A DNA stretch of 29,180 nt from Trichodelitschia bisporula (lineage: Eukaryota). The stretch is from positions 124,001-153,180 of the forward strand of contig ML996699.1 in NCBI GenBank assembly GCA_010356995.1, in the 5' to 3' direction. Below, in pieces: positions 26,052 to 29,180 of this stretch. Positions within the stretch are counted from its first letter, which is position 1. Every line of letters begins with the position of its first letter. The notes below the pieces were generated by a model. The model searched no databases. It was not told where the DNA came from and worked only from the letters and a program-made list of their open reading frames with translations. The translations under genes and the position numbers were made by a program.

Positions 26052-26804
26052 ATGTCACCGAATCCCCTCCTCGCCCTCAAGTTCATGGTCTCCCCACACC
26101 GCTGGGTCAAGAGCCGCCGCCGCTCCTCCGCCACCTCCCAGCGCAAATTCGAGCGCTGGGAAGCCCCCATCAAAGGCATCTACGAATTCACCCCCGGCCG
26201 TGGCTGGGCCCTCGTCTACGCCGAAGAGCCCACCGCCCTCTCCCTCCCCCACCCCGTCACGTACTCGCGCATCATGGGCAAGCACATGCTCAAATCCGAC
26301 TACCAATCGCGCAAATGCCACGGCAAAATCCAGAGCACAAACACGAACAAAGACCACCACGTCGGCTTCTTCCGCGTCGACATTGACGCCTACGTCCTCG
26401 CCTGGGACAAGTGGGGCAATTTCATCCCCGGGCCGTGGGAGCTGTGGACTGTGAATCCGGATACGGGGCTGTTTCGCAAGGCGACGCGCCGGGCGAGCGC
26501 GGGCAATATGGTCTTCGATCTGCCGGGGGATAAGGACAAGACTGAGAGTCCGATGGAGATGTGCAGTGTGGTTAGCTCGCGGCCGGTGAGCATCCGGGAG
26601 AGTGTGCGCGATTCGAAGGCGGATATCAAGGAGTCTGTTGTGCGCGTTGAGAGCATTGTCAGTCAGCTTGCGGTCCAAACGCCCAGTGCTCCGCAGTCGC
26701 TGCGGAGGGCGTCGACGGGCGGTTCACATGACGTCAGTCCGGCTGAGCTGCGTACACGGCTGGCTGCGCTGGAGAATGGGACTGCTATCGTTGGTGGGGT
26801 TTGA
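26052..26804 (+). CDS. Hypothetical protein (250 aa)
   Basis: ATG in good context (ccaccaaaATG), strong C/G third-position codon bias like the other genes here, aromatic-rich N-terminal half and low-complexity C-terminal half. Family not recognised. Confidence 0.8.
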   Translation: MSPNPLLALKFMVSPHRWVKSRRRSSATSQRKFERWEAPIKGIYEFTPGRGWALVYAEEPTALSLPHPVTYSRIMGKHMLKSDYQSRKCHGKIQSTNTNKDHHVGFFRVDIDAYVLAWDKWGNFIPGPWELWTVNPDTGLFRKATRRASAGNMVFDLPGDKDKTESPMEMCSVVSSRPVSIRESVRDSKADIKESVVRVESIVSQLAVQTPSAPQSLRRASTGGSHDVSPAELRTRLAALENGTAIVGGV

Positions 26805-27426
26805 CCAGTTGTTGTTGGAGGACATTGTTTCGATTGTACGGATGGCGGTCAGCTTTTGAGGGCTTTGTTAAATGGGTATTTGCGATGGGCGGCTCGCTCA
26901 AAAGCCCTTCTCAGATATGCTCGTTCAGCGTGGGTGGTTGTCTCAAAATCGTTTTTTAGATATCCTCTTGCAGCATCGGACATGGAATTCAATCGGTCCT
27001 GATTATTCGAAGACGCTGCATCGCGTGCCTCCTATCTACATGCATGTGCGGCCAGCGTATACTGTTCGTCCATCCTCCTACTTCTTTGCCTACTTCTCTC
27101 CTCATCTGCATTTCCCTATCCGCTCCCCTGGCCTTCGCCGGCCCGTTCCCCTTCTCTTCCTCATTCCGCTTTCCATCACGGCCCTCCCGCTCCTCTCTTT
27201 TCGCTTCTCCATAAGTTTCCAGCCTACGCGTGGATTCAGCCTCCCTGAGCATACCGCAGACTCGCGACAGCTTCATAAAATCCCAGACGCGGTACTCGTA
27301 CATGCTGAGTGGGCATAAAAAAGTGATCCAAGCCCGCGTCTTACCATGAACTGGGAACCCAAACCAAGACCGCAGTGATTATGACCTTAATCAAGAGCTC
27401 CTGGAGCAAAATTGAAGGAGGCAAAA

Positions 27427-27544
27427 ACATACAGCAGTTGGGATTCGCTGCTGGTCACCCACGCAACTACTAGTCAACCGGTTCGAAGCTTAACTTCAGT
27501 GAGCAGACGGGGACTGGTGCACTCCTCGACCTATGGCCGTATGT
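27427..27544 (-). rRNA. 5S rRNA gene (dispersed, apparently intact, 118 nt)
   Basis: Minus strand reads ACATACGGCCATAGGTCGAGGAGTGCACCAGTCCCCGTCTGCTCACTGAAGTTAAGCTTCGAACCGGTTGACTAGTAGTTGCGTGGGTGACCAGCAGCGAATCCCAACTGCTGTATGT; ends pair as helix I, conserved GTTAAGC, TAGTA, GGTGAC, GCGAATCC; T-run terminator follows (A run 27423-27427 on +). Confidence 0.95.
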
Positions 27545-27881
27545 GGTAGACAGTGTTGTCGGTTAACAAATAGCTGGCGAAAAAGATGGAAGCATTGTCA
27601 AAAGAAGTGTTCGTTCTCCAAGCGAGAGCGTTCTTGGGTTGGAATAGGGGACGTGCGTTAAGCTGCGGAGCATCTTCCCTCGATCAGCCGGCTGAGCAGA
27701 AAGCTTCACGGGCCACCTGAAAAATTATCATGGCCACCTCGCCTGGCTGATTTTGCGGACGGGACAGTTATGACTTTTTCGGCTGGTCCTTCGGCCAGAG
27801 TGTCGGCTTACATTACGCTTCGGAGCTCCTCCCGCTGAACAAGCCGATCAGCAAGCTTCCGGGGTGTAAAAAAGACAAAAA

Positions 27882-28270
27882 ACATACGGCAGTTGGGATT
27901 CGCTGCTGGTCACCTACGCAACTACTATTTGTCTGAGGGTTCTCTTCGTGGAAACTAGCAGTGGCTGCTGCTCGAGCCAAAACCAATGTATCAATTGATC
28001 TCTGACTGACTAGCTCGACCTCTGAATGAGGTCGGGAATGAGTGGCTATATACACAACGTCTGACTTTCAGTATCTTCCATCGATCTGACCAATTGTCAG
28101 GAAGAATACTCCAGATACTCAATTTGTCATGATAGAAGATTCTAGATCTTCATCCCGCAGTGGCTAGGTGTATACCGTCATTGCTCAGTTTGACACTATT
28201 CAACCAGTTCAAAGCTTAACTTCAGTGAGCAGACCGGGGCTGGTGTTCTCTTTGACCTGTGTCCATGTCG
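27882..28270 (-). pseudogene. Second 5S rRNA copy interrupted by a 266-bp insertion
   Basis: 27882-27929 aligns to the 3' part of the intact 5S copy and 28196-28270 to its 5' part; removing 27930-28195 and one CTATT restores a colinear 5S. The 5' end is degenerate (CGACATGGACAC vs ACATACGGCCAT). Confidence 0.92.
27930..28195. mobile_element. Solo LTR (TG...CA termini, 5-bp target-site duplication CTATT)
   Basis: Begins TGTC, ends GACA (4-bp terminal inverted repeat); CTATT at 27925-27929 and 28196-28200; TATA-like CTATATAC at about 28046; no coding capacity. Confidence 0.85.
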
Positions 28271-28766
28271 GTCTCGATCGGGTAACACCTGCGACCACCA
28301 CCTTCGGGCAGAATCCCAATATCGATTAGCTCATCACTTTGTTCCCAGCTTCACGTCAGTTTTATCAATGGAGGCTAATTAGAGGACTTGCGTATATGTG
28401 ACCGTCTCCCTTTCCGGCTTGGACCAGGTTGAGCTAGGGCCTGGTCCCGTCTTCATCAACGCTCTGCACGACAAAAGAGCTGGGAGTGGCAAACATTGAA
28501 CAAACCCACCACATTCCATCATATCTTCCCTGTATAGTGAAGGAATGGTTAATTCCAGATGTTTCCTGATCCCCAATGCATTGAAGCTATTACATAGCTG
28601 ATTTGGCGACATTTTCATACGCCACCGTTACTATTTGTTATTGGAGTGTTTGACTTCAAAGCCGTACCATTTTTATTTGTAATTCATTTGCCACTTTCGC
28701 TCCCAAAAAGGTATAGAAAGACAATGCCCGCAACCGAGGTGGGTGGGGAGGAGGTCCAGGTACACT

Positions 28767-29180
28767 TCAACAAATAAATTCTATACACAGCACTCGACCA
28801 GATCCATACCCCAGGCCAATCTTATCCCCGTGAATGGCGACGACACTCGGACTGCGATATTCGACTGGAAGCCAAAGAAGCTTTTCTGCGCCTTTGGTTA
28901 CCCATTCCCTGATAATCCTGAAACGTGGAGGATCCGATCCGAAACCTAGCAACTGCTTGCCGTCCGGCAAGAGGGCCACGGCGCTGACCGGACTCGAATG
29001 GCCCTCGAGCGTCTGCAGCGCCATTCCCGAGCCGGCGTCCCACAGCCTGACCGCCCCGTCATAAGATGCCGACGCCAGCTGCTTGCCGTTCGGCGAGAAG
29101 GCCACGGTGCTGACCCCTTCCGAATGGCCCTCGAGCGTCTGCAGCGCCTTTCCCGAGCCGGCGTCCCACAGCCTGACCGT
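28767..29180 (-). CDS. 3' end of an HNWD/HET-E-like WD40-repeat protein (probable NACHT-WD40 fungal NLR), truncated by the window edge
   Basis: Open from 29180 to the stop at 28767. Near-identical 42-aa (126-bp) repeats TVRLWDAGSGKALQTLEGHSEGVSTVAFSPNGKQLASASYDG, then the tail EWVTKGAEKLLWLPVEYR...IGLGYGSGRV typical of fungal NWD proteins. The NACHT domain is not in the window. Confidence 0.88.
   Translation of the reverse strand, partial: TVRLWDAGSGKALQTLEGHSEGVSTVAFSPNGKQLASASYDGAVRLWDAGSGMALQTLEGHSSPVSAVALLPDGKQLLGFGSDPPRFRIIREWVTKGAEKLLWLPVEYRSPSVVAIHGDKIGLGYGSGRVLCIEFIC
28950..29180 (-). repeat. 126-bp tandem WD40 coding repeat (about 1.8 copies visible)
   Basis: 29180-29055 and 29054-28950 align at offset 126 with long identical stretches. 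Confidence 0.93.

Overview
Eukaryotic, GC-rich, gene-dense DNA from a filamentous ascomycete (Pezizomycotina-type GT-AG introns of 41-61 nt with CTRAC branch points; dispersed Neurospora-type 5S rRNA). Spliced by hand, it holds a Ste20/PAK kinase, a DUF1308/C7orf25-like gene divergent from an SRP9/21 subunit, an intron-containing tRNA-Pro(AGG), an Ldb19/Art1 arrestin-like adaptor, MDM10 divergent from MRT4, ALB1 divergent from a USP-family deubiquitinase, RPL32 and a 250-aa hypothetical protein. The right end looks accessory: an intact 5S rRNA gene, a second 5S copy split by a 266-bp TG...CA solo LTR with a perfect 5-bp target-site duplication, and the 3' end of an HNWD/HET-E-like WD40-repeat gene whose repeats differ almost only by amino-acid-changing substitutions. 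An ORF-less, self-complementary segment near 11.8-12.3 kb is a candidate structured ncRNA. No database search or folding program was run; all calls come from motifs read in the sequence. I see no clearly novel multi-gene system.
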